Assembly (NCBI GenBank): GCA_009602735.1
Contig: WELA01000730.1
Coordinates: 151,583 to 198,425, forward strand
DNA length: 46,843 nt
Direction: 5' to 3'
Source of the DNA: Mesotaenium endlicherianum
Lineage: Eukaryota
Below the pieces are notes generated by a model. The model did not search any database and had not been told where the DNA came from. It worked only from the letters and a program-made list of their open reading frames with translations. Shown here one piece after another: positions 1-11,802 of the stretch (its first letter is position 1; each line of letters opens with the position of its first letter). The position numbers were made by a program, and so were the translations under genes.

Positions 1-7
1 GCTGCAG

Positions 8-236
8 CCGTGACGGAGGTGTACACGTGGGGCAACGGCGCCAACTACCAGCTGGGCACGGGGACAGCTGGCATCCAGCGAGCGCCCGCCCGGGTGGACT
101 CGCTGCAGGGCCTGGACGTGCGCGCCGTGGCCGCCGCCCGCTTCCACAGCGGGGCCGTATCTAACGCGGGTGACATCTTCACCTGGGGCTTTGGGCGCGG
201 GGGCCGCCTGGGGCATGCTGACTTTGACGTCCACAG
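8..236 (+). CDS. Exon of the RCC1/IBTK-like gene
   Basis: cag| acceptor at 7, RCC1 repeat, CACAG|gtac donor at 236. Confidence 0.8.
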
Positions 237-3200
237 GTACCACTACTAGTCCCGCCCTTCCTGCCCTTTCAGCCCTGCCCTTTAAACCCTGTCCTTTCAG
301 CCCTGCCCTTTCTGCCCCTTCCTGCCCCTCCAAAATCAACAGAGGGGAGTGCTGCCATGATGTGTTTTTTTTTTGGGGGGGGGGGAANNNNNNNNNNNNN
401 NNNNNNNNNNNNNNNNNNNNNNNNNNNNNNNNNNNNNNNNNNNNNNNNNNNNNNNNNNNNNNNNNNNNNNNNNNNNNNNNNNNNNNNNNNNNNNNNNNNN
501 NNNNNNNNNNNNNNNNNNNNNNNNNNNNNNNNNNNNNNNNNNNNNNNNNNNNNNNNNNNNNNNNNNNNNNNNNNNNNNNNNNNNNNNNNNNNNNNNNNNN
601 NNNNNNNNNNNNNNNNNNNNNNNNNNNNNNNNNNNNNNNNNNNNNNNNNNNNNNNNNNNNNNNNNGGTAGGAGGGACTGAAGAGGACTGGACCTGCCTGT
701 GTAAGGAGCAGTGTCAGGCTGGTGGGGGTGCGGCGGGCGGTGGGCGGCGAGTGGCAAGTAGCGGCTGCCTCGCTTTGCTGAAGAGCCGCAAGGGGGTGGG
801 TGGTGAGGGCAGTGGGCAGGTGGCGGTGATAAAGCCGCGCCAGCTGGCGGCGCTGGGGGTGGGGGCGCAGCGCCGGGTGCGCTCCATCGCGGCGGCCAAG
901 CACCACACCGTCATTGCCACGCACGCCGGCGACGTTTTCACCTGGGGCTCCAACCGAGGTGCGTGCATACGCGTGCGCGTGAGTGCATGCGCTTGTGCGT
1001 TTGTGTGCCTGTACGCATCTGTGTGCGTCCGTGTGTGCGTGCTTGGGTGTGCGTGTGAAGTTCTCCCTCCCCTCCCCCCAGCATGTGGAGGTGGTGCTGT
1101 AGAGCCCCAGAGTATCCAAGGCCTTCCTCCCGCTTCTTTCTGAGGCGCGGTGCGGGGGCTGGGCTGCCAGGTAAAAGCAAGCATCCCTCCAAGGACACGC
1201 TGTGCTTCCTCCCCTCCGCCTTCTCCAAATCCTCCTCCTTTTAGTGTTTAATGTCCTGTGCCAGCACCTTCACCATCACCTTTCCTCACTCTCACTCTAA
1301 CTCGCGCCCTCGCCGTCACTCCCACCCTTGCCGTCAACAGTCAGGCCAACGACGGGGACGAGCGCCCAGCCAGCGAGTGGCACATATGCTCTTACCAATA
1401 TTTGACAAGCAATTGCGCGGGGGGGCGGGGGCTTTGGGGGCGGGCGCGCTTCTGGAATTGCAGAGGGGCGGCTCGGCTACAACTCGGTGGACACGCAGCC
1501 CACGCCTCGGCGTGTGGCAGCGCTGCGCGTGCGCGTGGTGGCGGTGGCCGCCGCCAACAAGCACTCCGCGTGTGTGACGGAGGCGGGGGAGGCCTTCACG
1601 TGGGGTGGCAACCTGGAGGGCCAGCTGGGATACGGCACCTCGCACTCGCAGTCCAACTACGTGCCACGCGTCGTCGACTCGCTCAAGGGCACGCCCCTCG
1701 TGGCCGTGGCCGCCGCCAAGTGTCACACGCTGGCGCTCTCCGCCAATGGGGAGGTGGGCCACTGCTCTGCTCCGCACTGCTCTGCCCGAGCTCTGCTCCC
1801 CCCACCACCATCTTGTCTTGCTCGCTCTCATTCGCATAGCGTGCGGGGACTAGAAGTGGCTGCGGGGGTACGAAGTTGAGGGGGGGGGGAGTGGGGGGCG
1901 AGGCATAGTTGCTGGTAGCGCAGCACTGGGAGCACCCCCAGCTGTTGCTGCTGCAGCGCCACCCTAGCCCAAGGCAGCCCCCCCAGCCTGATTGCCGGGA
2001 CACGATTTCAATTGAGTAGGAGGAGGAGAGGGAGTGCCGGGGAGGGGGGGAGGGTTGGAGGGTGAATTTTGGAGGGGGAGGTGATGGAGGAGGTGAAGCG
2101 AAAGGGAAAGGGAGAGGGAGAGGAGGAGGGGAGGGAGAGCAAGCAAGGGAGGAAGGGAGGGATAGGGCGGGACAGAGGGAGGGTGCAGGGGAGGTAGGGA
2201 GGGAGGGAGGCAGAGAGAGACAGCAGCTTTGTCGCGTCGCTCCTCGCACCCCTCTCATCCAGGTTTTTACCCTTTTTGGGGGCGGCAGGTGTTCTCGTGG
2301 GGCTACCGGATGGTGATGCCGCGGCGCGTGGCCGTGGCGCGCGACAAGCGCAAGGCGGGCGCGGCCCCGCTCAAGTTCCACCGCAAGGAGAAGCTGCGCA
2401 TCGTAGCGCTCGCCGCGGGGCTGCGCCACTCCACGCTGCTCTCCGCCGACGGCCTCGCCTTCTGCTGGGCCTCCCACGACCCCTCCCTGCGCTGCCGCCA
2501 GGTGTGTTGTGTGCGTGTGTTCCCCTCCCTTGCATGCATGCATGCACCCCCCTCTGGTCCATCCTCTGCGGAGTTTGTCTTTCCGTGTGTTTCTTTTATC
2601 GTTCCGGTGTGGTGGCACCGAGTCAACCAGGTGAACACTGAGGGGGCAGCAGCAACAGCAGACAGATGGTGGTTGAAAAGTACCCAAGCTGCTGAAAGGG
2701 GCTGCCCCCCCTCTCGCCCCTCCCCTCCTCCCNGGCGGAGCTGTCAGGGCACCGCGCAGTGGCAGTGGCGGCGGGCAAGTACCGCACGGCCATCGTCACC
2801 GCGGCCGGCGACGTGTTTGCGTGGGACGGCGATGTGGCGCACTCCGATGCGCCCCCGCGGCCGGCGCGCGTTGCGGGGCTGAAGCGGGCGGCGCTCATTG
2901 CGGTCGGGGAGATGCACTCGGTGGCGCTCCTCCACCTCCACGTGCCGCCCTACCCCGCCAACCAGCCTCTGCCGCCCGCCGCCGCCCGCGCGGAGGCCGA
3001 GGACCGGGACGAGGAGGACCAGGGGCTGCAGCATGCGGGCGGCGTCGGCTACGACCTGGCGGGCAGCAGTCATGAGCTGGCAGGCGGGGGTGGAGAAGGG
3101 GAGGGCGTGGCGAGCCTGAAGGAGCTGTGCCAGGGCGTGCTGGCACGCCAGGTGGCGGACCCACGCAACGCGCTGCAGCTGATGGAGGTGGCGGAGTCCT

Positions 3201-4009
3201 TGGGGGCCCACTTGCTGCAGGCCTTCTGCGAGGTCCGCATCGGCCTGCCCGCCCCTGCCCGCCACCTGTCCCCCCTTCCATTTGGCCGAGTGAGGGCTTT
3301 CCGTCCTGCATGCATGTGTAAGCGGCATTGGCATTTGCTACTCGGCACTGAGCAGGGCCTGACCGGTGAGCCGGTCGTGAGGATTCAACTGCGTATGGAA
3401 AGTGAGTATCCGAACCGACCCACGTCGACCCATCTCAAGGCACCGGGGCTGGAGCTCTGCCAGAACTTGGGTACGGGGAGGGGCATGAGGGGACCTGAGG
3501 CCCCTGACCTTACGACGAGCAGGACCTCTGGTCTTGCTGCTGCTGCTGCTGGTGCTCTAGAAAAGGGGGGTGGCATTGGGCGAGGGCGTGGGCGTGGGTA
3601 TGGGCTCGGGCGCGGGTGGGTGTCGGCGAGGACTCGGATGCCAGCGGGCGAGGGGCCTGACTGGCGGGTGGCTGGCGGGCCGGGCGGCTGACGGGGCAGG
3701 TGCTGGCGATGCGCAATCTGGACTACATCCTCACCACGGCCCCGCACCAGCTGGCGCACTGCCGCCCGGCGCTGCTGGCCGCCTTCGAGCGCAAGCTGGC
3801 GCAGTGCTCAGGGCAGCCCTGGAGCCGGCAGCGGCTGCCCACCCCCTCCTCCTCCCACCTCCCCGCCGTCGTCAGCAGCGGCAACCGCGGCGCTTGCCGC
3901 GACGACGAGGGCGACGAGGAGGAAGGCGAGGGCGCCACCTGGCAGGACTCTCTCTCCACGGGAGCCACATTTGGCTCTGATGGCCTCAGCGGCGGTCATG
4001 CAGGCTCCT

Positions 4010-4040
<31 letters not shown>

Positions 4041-7000
4041 TTCTCCTCTTGGAGCTGTTGATATGGGGGAGGGGGCGGGAGGAGCAGGTGGTAGCTTTAC
4101 GCAGGGGCAGGCAGGGCAGCAGCAGGGCCAGGGGCAGGCTGGGGAGGAGGAGGCGGTGGCGAGGCAGCTGCGGAGCGTGCGCAAGAAGCTGCAGCAGATC
4201 GCTGACCTGGAGGATAAGCGCGCGGCGGGCGCGCCCCTGGACGCGCAGCAGCTGGCCAAGGTGCGCACGCGCCGCGCCCTGCAGGCGTGCCTGGCCCACC
4301 TGGAGGCGGGCGTGCTGCCCCCGCCGCTGCCGGCCATGCTGCCGGCAGCCGCGGCAGCTGCCCTCTGCAAGGACCCGGCCTATCTCGGCAGTGGTGGTGG
4401 GGAGGGGGGCTTTCCGCTCTTGCCGGGTGGCGAGGCGGGCGGAAACGCGGGCGGCGGCCCCCCGCACGAGCGTGGCAAGAAGAAGAAGAAGCAGCAGCAG
4501 CAGCAGGTCCCGCCTCCAGCGACGCCTGGGAATGGCGGCAGGGGCGGAGCGGGAGCCGGGGGGGCAGCGGCGGCGGTGGCGGCGGAAGCTGCAGGTGCAG
4601 CAGCGGCAGCGGCAAGGAGAAGGGAGCACTCGGCACCGGAGGAGGACGAGGAGGTGGAGGACAAGTTTGCGCACCTCCTCGCGCGCGTAGAGCTGGTGAG
4701 AGAGGGAGAGAGTGAGAGAGACAGAGAGGGGCCAGAGCCCCTTCTCCCCATGCCTGCAACTTGTGTCTTAAGTCGCCGTCATTGGACACTGGCATCAACA
4801 CCTGGCAGCATCTGACTTGACGACGAGAAAGAGGCAGTGGTTGTTTATTGCACCAAATTACACGTCTGGTGTGACCACGTGGTGCTGCCTCTGTTGCTGC
4901 TGCCGCCGCCACCGCTGCAGAGGCTGCTGCTGCTTCTGCTACTGCTGCTGGTGCTGTTTCTGCATCGCCGCATGATGGTTGTAATGACAAGACGTGCGTG
5001 TGCGCGTGTGCCTGTGTGTGTGTGTGCGCGTGTGGTGTGTGGGTGCGTGTGGTGCAGACGCCCGGCGGAGCGGCCTTGCCGCCCATGTGCCGAACAGAAG
5101 GCTGGCTTTCCCCCAGCGTGCCCGCCCCCCCCTCGCAGGACAGCTTGCATGAAGCAGGCACCCTGTCCTTCTCGTCCTCCTCCTCCATCCCTGCACCCCC
5201 CGCCCCCCGCTCGCCACTTGGCGCCGCCGGACTGGGCCCTGCTGCTGCTGCTGCTGCTACGAGCACAAGCACGCTCAAGAGCAGCGGCGGTGGCAGCGGG
5301 GGCAAACGCAAGGGCAAGAAGGGCGGCCTCTCCATGTTTCTGAGCGGCGCGCTGGAGTCCCCGGAGCCCCCCCTGCGGCCGCACGCCTCCTCCTCCTCCT
5401 CCCTCTCAGGTGCTTCTGCTGGCGCTCCCGCCAAGCCCGAGGGCCCTGCCTGGGGAGGCGCAACTGTGCGCCCCCGTGCAGCGGCCCCCGCAGCCTCTCT
5501 GCGCGACATCCAGACGCAGCAGAACGCGGAGGGGTCCACGCGCTCCCTCGCCAGCGTCCTCCTGCTGCCAGCTGGCAGCCCCGCCGCCGTTGCCGCCGGC
5601 GGCTCCCCCATGCAGCCGCGGCCGGCCGCCCCGTCGGCCCAGGCCACTGCGTGCCCCCCAGGTGACGCCACCGTGGTGGGCGGCAGGAATCCCAAGTCAA
5701 TCGCGTCAGGCTTCAGGGTGCCGGCCGCTTCGTCGCCCACAGCCGCCCCAGGTGGGAGCGGCGAGCGAGTGCCGGGCGGCGGCGGGCGAGCGGGGCCGAC
5801 TCCCGGGCTGGCTGAGGCCGCCATTGACAGCGGAGGGGAGGGGGGTGTTGCGCGCATGCGAATTCCGCTGAGTCAGCTCGTGAAGAGCTCTGCCCCTGTG
5901 GCAGTCAGGGGCGCCAGGGGCCGGGGAGGGCTCTCCGGGCCTGGGCCTGCTGACAGGTGTAAGGCGGAGAGCCCCCCCGTGTGGGCGGCTGCCAAGAGCT
6001 CCAGCTCTCCCTCGCAGTCCCTGCGCTACATCCAGCAGCAGCAGGTACTCTTCCTCACTGTGCTTCCAATTCCAAATTCCTTCTCTCCCCCCCTCGCCCC
6101 CCGCCCCTTCCTCCTCACCTGCTCCCCTCCCTGGTCCTTTGGCAGCGCCTCTTCTGTTTAGTCTTCAGCTATAGCCGCGTGCGATATACAGGTNTCGCTG
6201 ACCTGGAGGATAAGCGCGCGGCGGGCGCGCCCCTGGACGCGCAGCAGCTGGCCAAGGTGCGCACGCGCCGCGCCCTGCAGGCGTGCCTGGCCCACCTGGA
6301 GGCGGGCGTGCTGCCCCCGCCGCTGCCGGCCATGCTGCCGGCAGCCGCGGCAGCTGCCCTCTGCAAGGACCCGGCCTATCTCGGCAGTGGTGGTGGGGAG
6401 GGGGGCTTTCCGCTCTTGCCGGGTGGCGAGGCGGGCGGAAACGCGGGCGGCGGCCCCCCGCACGAGCGTGGCAAGAAGAAGAAGAAGCAGCAGCAGCAGC
6501 AGGTCCCGCCTCCAGCGACGCCTGGGAATGGCGGCAGGGGCGGAGCGGGAGCCGGGGGGGCAGCGGCGGCGGTGGCGGCGGAAGCTGCAGGTGCAGCAGC
6601 GGCAGCGGCAAGGAGAAGGGAGCACTCGGCACCGGAGGAGGACGAGGAGGTGGAGGACAAGTTTGCGCACCTCCTCGCGCGCGTAGAGCTGGTGAGAGAG
6701 GGAGAGAGTGAGAGAGACAGAGAGGGGCCAGAGCCCCTTCTCCCCATGCCTGCAACTTGTGTCTTAAGTCGCCGTCATTGGACACTGGCATCAACACCTG
6801 GCAGCATCTGACTTGACGACGAGAAAGAGGCAGTGGTTGTTTATTGCACCAAATTACACGTCTGGTGTGACCACGTGGTGCTGCCTCTGTTGCTGCTGCC
6901 GCCGCCACCGCTGCAGAGGCTGCTGCTGCTTCTGCTACTGCTGCTGGTGCTGTTTCTGCATCGCCGCATGATGGTTGTAATGACAAGACGTGCGTGTGCG

Positions 7001-8543
7001 CGTGTGCCTGTGTGTGTGTGTGCGCGTGTGGTGTGTGGGTGCGTGTGGTGCAGACGCCCGGCGGAGCGGCCTTGCCGCCCATGTGCCGAACAGAAGGCTG
7101 GCTTTCCCCCAGCGTGCCCGCCCCCCCCTCGCAGGACAGCTTGCATGAAGCAGGCACCCTGTCCTTCTCGTCCTCCTCCTCCATCCCTGCACCCCCCGCC
7201 CCCCGCTCGCCACTTGGCGCCGCCGGACTGGGCCCTGCTGCTGCTGCTGCTGCTACGAGCACAAGCACGCTCAAGAGCAGCGGCGGTGGCAGCGGGGGCA
7301 AACGCAAGGGCAAGAAGGGCGGCCTCTCCATGTTTCTGAGCGGCGCGCTGGAGTCCCCGGAGCCCCCCCTGCGGCCGCACGCCTCCTCCTCCTCCTCCCT
7401 CTCAGGTGCTTCTGCTGGCGCTCCCGCCAAGCCCGAGGGCCCTGCCTGGGGAGGCGCAACTGTGCGCCCCCGTGCAGCGGCCCCCGCAGCCTCTCTGCGC
7501 GACATCCAGACGCAGCAGAACGCGGAGGGGTCCACGCGCTCCCTCGCCAGCGTCCTCCTGCTGCCAGCTGGCAGCCCCGCCGCCGTTGCCGCCGGCGGCT
7601 CCCCCATGCAGCCGCGGCCGGCCGCCCCGTCGGCCCAGGCCACTGCGTGCCCCCCAGGTGACGCCACCGTGGTGGGCGGCAGGAATCCCAAGTCAATCGC
7701 GTCAGGCTTCAGGGTGCCGGCCGCTTCGTCGCCCACAGCCGCCCCAGGTGGGAGCGGCGAGCGAGTGCCGGGCGGCGGCGGGCGAGCGGGGCCGACTCCC
7801 GGGCTGGCTGAGGCCGCCATTGACAGCGGAGGGGAGGGGGGTGTTGCGCGCATGCGAATTCCGCTGAGTCAGCTCGTGAAGAGCTCTGCCCCTGTGGCAG
7901 TCAGGGGCGCCAGGGGCCGGGGAGGGCTCTCCGGGCCTGGGCCTGCTGACAGGTGTAAGGCGGAGAGCCCCCCCGTGTGGGCGGCTGCCAAGAGCTCCAG
8001 CTCTCCCTCGCAGTCCCTGCGCTACATCCAGCAGCAGCAGGTACTCTTCCTCACTGTGCTTCCAATTCCAAATTCCTTCTCTCCCCCCCTCGCCCCCCGC
8101 CCCTTCCTCCTCACCTGCTCCCCTCCCTGGTCCTTTGGCAGCGCCTCTTCTGTTTAGTCTTCAGCTATAGCCGCGTGCGATATACAGGTCGTTTCACTCC
8201 ACACTCCAGATTCCATCATTGCAGCGGAGTTGACGCGCATGCGCGCGGTGCTTTTGTCGGCGGGCGCAACTCCCAGGAGGAGCGGAACGCACATTTGCGG
8301 CAGGCGCAGGCCCTGGTGCTGTCCACCTCGCCAGGCCCAGGCATGGCGCTCCCCTCGGCCGCGCCCGACGCGGGCTCTGGTGGGATGGCGTCGGCCGCGA
8401 GCACCAACAAGTGGTACCGGCCGGAGGCGGACGCGGGGCCAGCCTCGCTGCGCTGCATCCAGATCGAGGAGGAGGCCATGAAGCAGCTGCGGCGCGCCTA
8501 CGGCGGCTCCGTGCGCGTCGTCACTCGCGAGGTCCAGCCCTGA
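8..8543 (+). CDS. 3' part of a multi-exon RCC1-repeat protein gene, IBTK-like (plant ankyrin/RCC1 family). The 5' exons lie outside the window.
   Basis: RCC1 repeats (VYTWGNGANYQLGTG, FTWGFGRGGRLG, FTWGGNLEGQLGYG, AAAKHHT), a coiled coil RSVRKKLQQIADLE, KRKGKKGGLSMFLSGAL, SLRDIQ/SLRYIQ/SLRCIQIEEEAM motifs and a C-terminal NKWY. GT-AG exons are readable at about 8-236, 813-958, 1464-1753, 2289-2501, ~2734-3232, 3700-4695, 5058-6044 (repeated at 7054-8040) and 8277-8543. Confidence 0.85.
388..665. other. Assembly gap (N run) next to poly-G
   Basis: Run of N. Confidence 0.99.
813..958 (+). CDS. Exon of the RCC1/IBTK-like gene
   Basis: Continues DVH-SGQVAVIKPRQ...FTWGSNR with AG/GT boundaries. 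Confidence 0.75.
1464..1753 (+). CDS. Exon of the RCC1/IBTK-like gene
   Basis: ttgcag| EGRLGYNSVDTQPTPRRV...ALSANGE |gtggg. Confidence 0.8.
2289..2501 (+). CDS. Exon of the RCC1/IBTK-like gene
   Basis: cag| VFSWGYRMVMPRRV...DPSLRCRQ |gtgtgt. Confidence 0.8.
2734..3232 (+). CDS. Exon of the RCC1/IBTK-like gene (acceptor lost at the N at 2733)
   Basis: VAAGKYRTAIVTAAGDVFAWDG...SLKELCQ...FCE |gtccgc. Confidence 0.7.
3700..4695 (+). CDS. Exon of the RCC1/IBTK-like gene
   Basis: cag| VLAMRNLDYIL...RKKLQQI...VEL |gtgag. Confidence 0.7.
4199..8189. repeat. Apparently identical 1995-bp tandem duplication (4199-6193 / 6195-8189) joined by a single N; probable scaffolding artefact
   Basis: Identical ORF translations offset by 1996 bp; the junction is an N at 6194 and the second copy starts mid-exon. 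Confidence 0.9.
5058..6044 (+). CDS. Exon of the RCC1/IBTK-like gene (duplicate copy at 7054-8040)
   Basis: tgcag| TPGG...KKGGLSMFLSGAL...SLRYIQQQQ |gtactc. Confidence 0.7.
8277..8543 (+). CDS. Terminal exon of the RCC1/IBTK-like gene
   Basis: cccag| EERNAH...NKWYRPE...SLRCIQIEEEAMKQLRRAYG...TGA. Confidence 0.8.
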   Translation, partial: EERNAHLRQAQALVLSTSPGPGMALPSAAPDAGSGGMASAASTNKWYRPEADAGPASLRCIQIEEEAMKQLRRAYGGSVRVVTREVQP

Positions 8544-9750
8544 GGAAGGACTGGCTGGCTGCACGAGGGCTGGCGATCGACGGCAGGGATTGCGCTCTGG
8601 GTGCCACCTGCGGCGGCCACCTGCGACGGCGGTGCTGAGGGCTGGCAATTGACAGCGGGGACTGGATATGAATTTGACTGGTCGTCTGGTTGAGTTTGAG
8701 CGGAAGGGTGTCACCAGTGCCTCTGCCCTTGCCTCTGACCGGGCAGGTTATTGATCCTTGCAGACGAGCATGAGTCCCAATGACTCGGTTGTCATGAAAA
8801 GAATCAATCTTGATGACAGGTTTAGAGATTGTTGGGCTACTCCTTGTACTACATAGATGGACAGGAGCCTTACACAAGGAGCGAGTATATATGCACCCAT
8901 AAGAATTATAGATCAGGCCACATTCTGGTGGGGTTGCCTCTTTACAATCTTTACAGAAAGCTTGTGCAAGCTGGGTGACTCTTTCTGTAATAATGCTATG
9001 GGAGAGAGAGAGAGATCTAGGCTTTTGTCAAAGAAATGGGCACTTTAAAACCCAACCCCGGGTGAAAAATGATCGAGCTTGTCTACATATGTCAATTTAC
9101 ATTGCGTTAAAGCAGGCTGCTATTTCGTTTTTTTGGCTGCTAGTTCGAAAGCATTGCCATGCTGAAGGTCATTGTCATATCAATCTCCTATGGACTCAAT
9201 AAACTATCAAGCAGATCCAAGTTCGCTGAAATAAAAGTGCGAGTGACTCTATCTGTCCAAGATATCACAACACAGTCGGCGCTACGCACTAAGACTACTT
9301 TTGTTTTCCTGTTCGACACTAACAGCTAAATGCAGCTTGTAGGTCTACGTATTTAAGTACTCGACAGTCGTCAAAGCAATGTACGATATCCTAAGATCAC
9401 AAGGTATTGAGCAATTACATGGCACAAGCTTCACCTTCTCCAGATTGGTGCCCGCAGACGTGCGCTCGCGCTTGCCTGCCTGCCTGCCGGCACACAAACA
9501 CACACGCACACAAAGGTACACACTTACGTACATGGGCGCGCAATACGCCCCACCCTACATGCCAGACTAAGGGGGTTGCCGCAGCTGCCGTCGCCCCTCG
9601 CACATGCAAACCCCAGACAGCCTCCCGCACACATCCAAGCAAGAGGGGCCAGCTGCTATGGATGCCCCCTTGCGCGCACCAGACGAGGGGGGGCAGCAGC
9701 TGCTGATTGTCCCCGCCCACAGGATATTCCGGGGGGGGGGGGGGGGGGGG

Positions 9751-10292
9751 NNNNNNNNNNNNNNNNNNNNNNNNNNNNNNNNNNNNNNNNNNNNNNNNNN
9801 NNNNNNNNNNNNNNNNNNNNNNNNNNNNNNNNNNNNNNNNNNNNNNNNNNNNNNNNNNNNNNNNNNNNNNNNNNNNNNNNNNNNNNNNNNNNNNNNNNNN
9901 NNNNNNNNNNNNNNNNNNNNNNNNNNNNNNNNNNNNNNNNNNNNNNNNNNNNNNNNNNNNNNNNNNNNNNNNNNNNNNNNNNNNNNNNNNNNNNNNNNNN
10001 NNNNNNNNNNNNNNNNNNNNNNNNNNNNNNNNNNNNNNNNNNNNNNNNNNNNNNNNNNNNNNNNNNNNNNNNNNNNNNNNNNNNNNNNNNNNNNNNNNNN
10101 NNNNNNNNNNNNNNNNNNNNNNNNNNNNNNNNNNNNNNNNNNNNNNNNNNNNNNNNNNNNNNNNNNNNNNNNNNNNNNNNNNNNNNNNNNNNNNNNNNNN
10201 NNNNNNNNNNNNNNNNNNNNNNNNNNNNNNNNNNNNNNNNNNNNNNNNNNNNNNNNNNNNNNNNNNNNNNNNNNNNNNNNNNNNNNNNNNNN
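9751..10292. other. Assembly gap (N run) flanked by poly-G
   Basis: Run of N. Confidence 0.99.
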
Positions 10293-11569
10293 GGGGGGGG
10301 GGGGGGGGGGGGCAATGGCGCTGCCCCGCATGGTACACACCAGCATAACCTTTGGGCAGCCTTCCGTGCACACACACGTTTCTGCTGTTGGCCCCCGCGG
10401 ACAGCCCCCGCCCAGTGGGATCTCCAGCACAAACACCTGCACACACATGTAGTCAGAGGGAGGCACCCGCAGCATACACCAGAGGGGGAGAGAGCTAGCG
10501 CTGTCCCAATTTCCACACAGAGGCACATCACATTCTCCACACACACAGCCATCGAGCATGCATGCCGCCAGCCGGCAATGAAGGTGCATGTATCTGTCTG
10601 CATGCATGGAGTCCCTCTCACGTGCACTCACTCAGCCCCAGGCGCATGCATGAGTGGAGTTGCTGCAAGCAGGGCTAGGGGCAAGGTGCGCATGCAGGCA
10701 TGCGGAGCCAGCTCACCACCTGAGCTTAACTTGCAGCAGCTGCAGGTTTGAAGGAGGAGGAGGAGGAGGATATTCCCCGACTTCGAGAGCCAGCAGGCAG
10801 GCAGGTAGGTGGGCAGGCAGGGAGGGTGCTGTTGAACTCCGACTCTGGCTGCCTTCCTTTCAGGTTTCTCATTCTAAACCTGCGTAGTTGCATGACCACC
10901 GTTCTGGCCGGATGGACCTGTTTTGTTAGGCCAGAAGACTCCAAGGCCGATGGGGGGTGGCAACCAGCGAAAGAAAAGAGGACGGTCGTGCAGACCCCCC
11001 CCCTGCAGGCGATGCTGATGCATGCACACATAAGCACCTTGGGCATGCATGCCAGGTGGAGCATTAAACTTCATCAGTTCTGCCTCAAGCACGCCACAAC
11101 CTTCTTGTCGGGAAACATTGGAGGCAGCCTGGAGCTGCATGATAGAAATGCCCCCGTCACAAGGGCGGCAGCATGCCACTCACTTTCTATCCCGGCAGCG
11201 GAGTTGGAGAAGGCTCCTAAGTTGCCACATGTCATGGCTGGCACGCGTATGCCAGATTTTGGAACAGGATGGAACCGTGCCCTGATGTGACAAGATTAAA
11301 TTTTAAGAGGGCATGAGAGGCGTCCTGTTGCATCTGAATGCCGCGTTCATGGATCACAATTGAGTTGGCCCTCAACGTGGCCTCTGCTTTGTTCGTGCCA
11401 CTCAAGGGCAGCAAGGTCAATACATAGTGAATAGGCTCAGTGTGACCCAAAGCACATCGTAGTAAGTCTCATTTTACCCCACTTTCAGCAGTGGTCTACC
11501 CTGCCTGTAACTTACACATAGAAGTGGAAGACAACATGCACCCTTCGGCCTTATAGAATGTACACCCTT

Positions 11570-11575
11570 TTTATT
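11570..11575 (-). promoter_or_regulatory. Candidate polyadenylation signal AATAAA for the UDG-like gene
   Basis: tttatt on + in an AT-rich patch about 230 nt downstream of the ORF stop at 11803. Confidence 0.3.
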
Positions 11576-11802
11576 TATAAAATGCTACGTACGACATACA
11601 TATTGTACATAGTGGAAGGCTTGACCAACCACGAGGCATTGCTGAAGGCTATATCAGTCCAGACATGGACATCTGCCACATAAGCCTCTTCGATATTTGA
11701 ATCATTTATCATTGCTACATAGTGCCTTAATCCCAGCTTCTGTACAGGCCTCTAGCACGCTCTACGCCGAGGGGGCAGGGCTAGAGAAGACCACCTTGCA
11801 TT

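Noticed and set aside
4097..7853. Long minus-strand ORFs (586 and 562 aa) and many other overlapping ORFs in 1-8.7 kb
   Set aside because: Shadow frames of GC-rich coding sequence; low complexity with no motifs
4199..8189. Apparent internal exon duplication in the RCC1 gene
   Set aside because: Copies look identical, including introns, and are joined by one N mid-exon; typical of an unmerged contig overlap
9345..11450. Possible minus-strand exons of another host gene
   Set aside because: Some intron-like sequence and splice-like sites, but no recognisable protein, and the region is split by a gap; the long ORFs only span Ns
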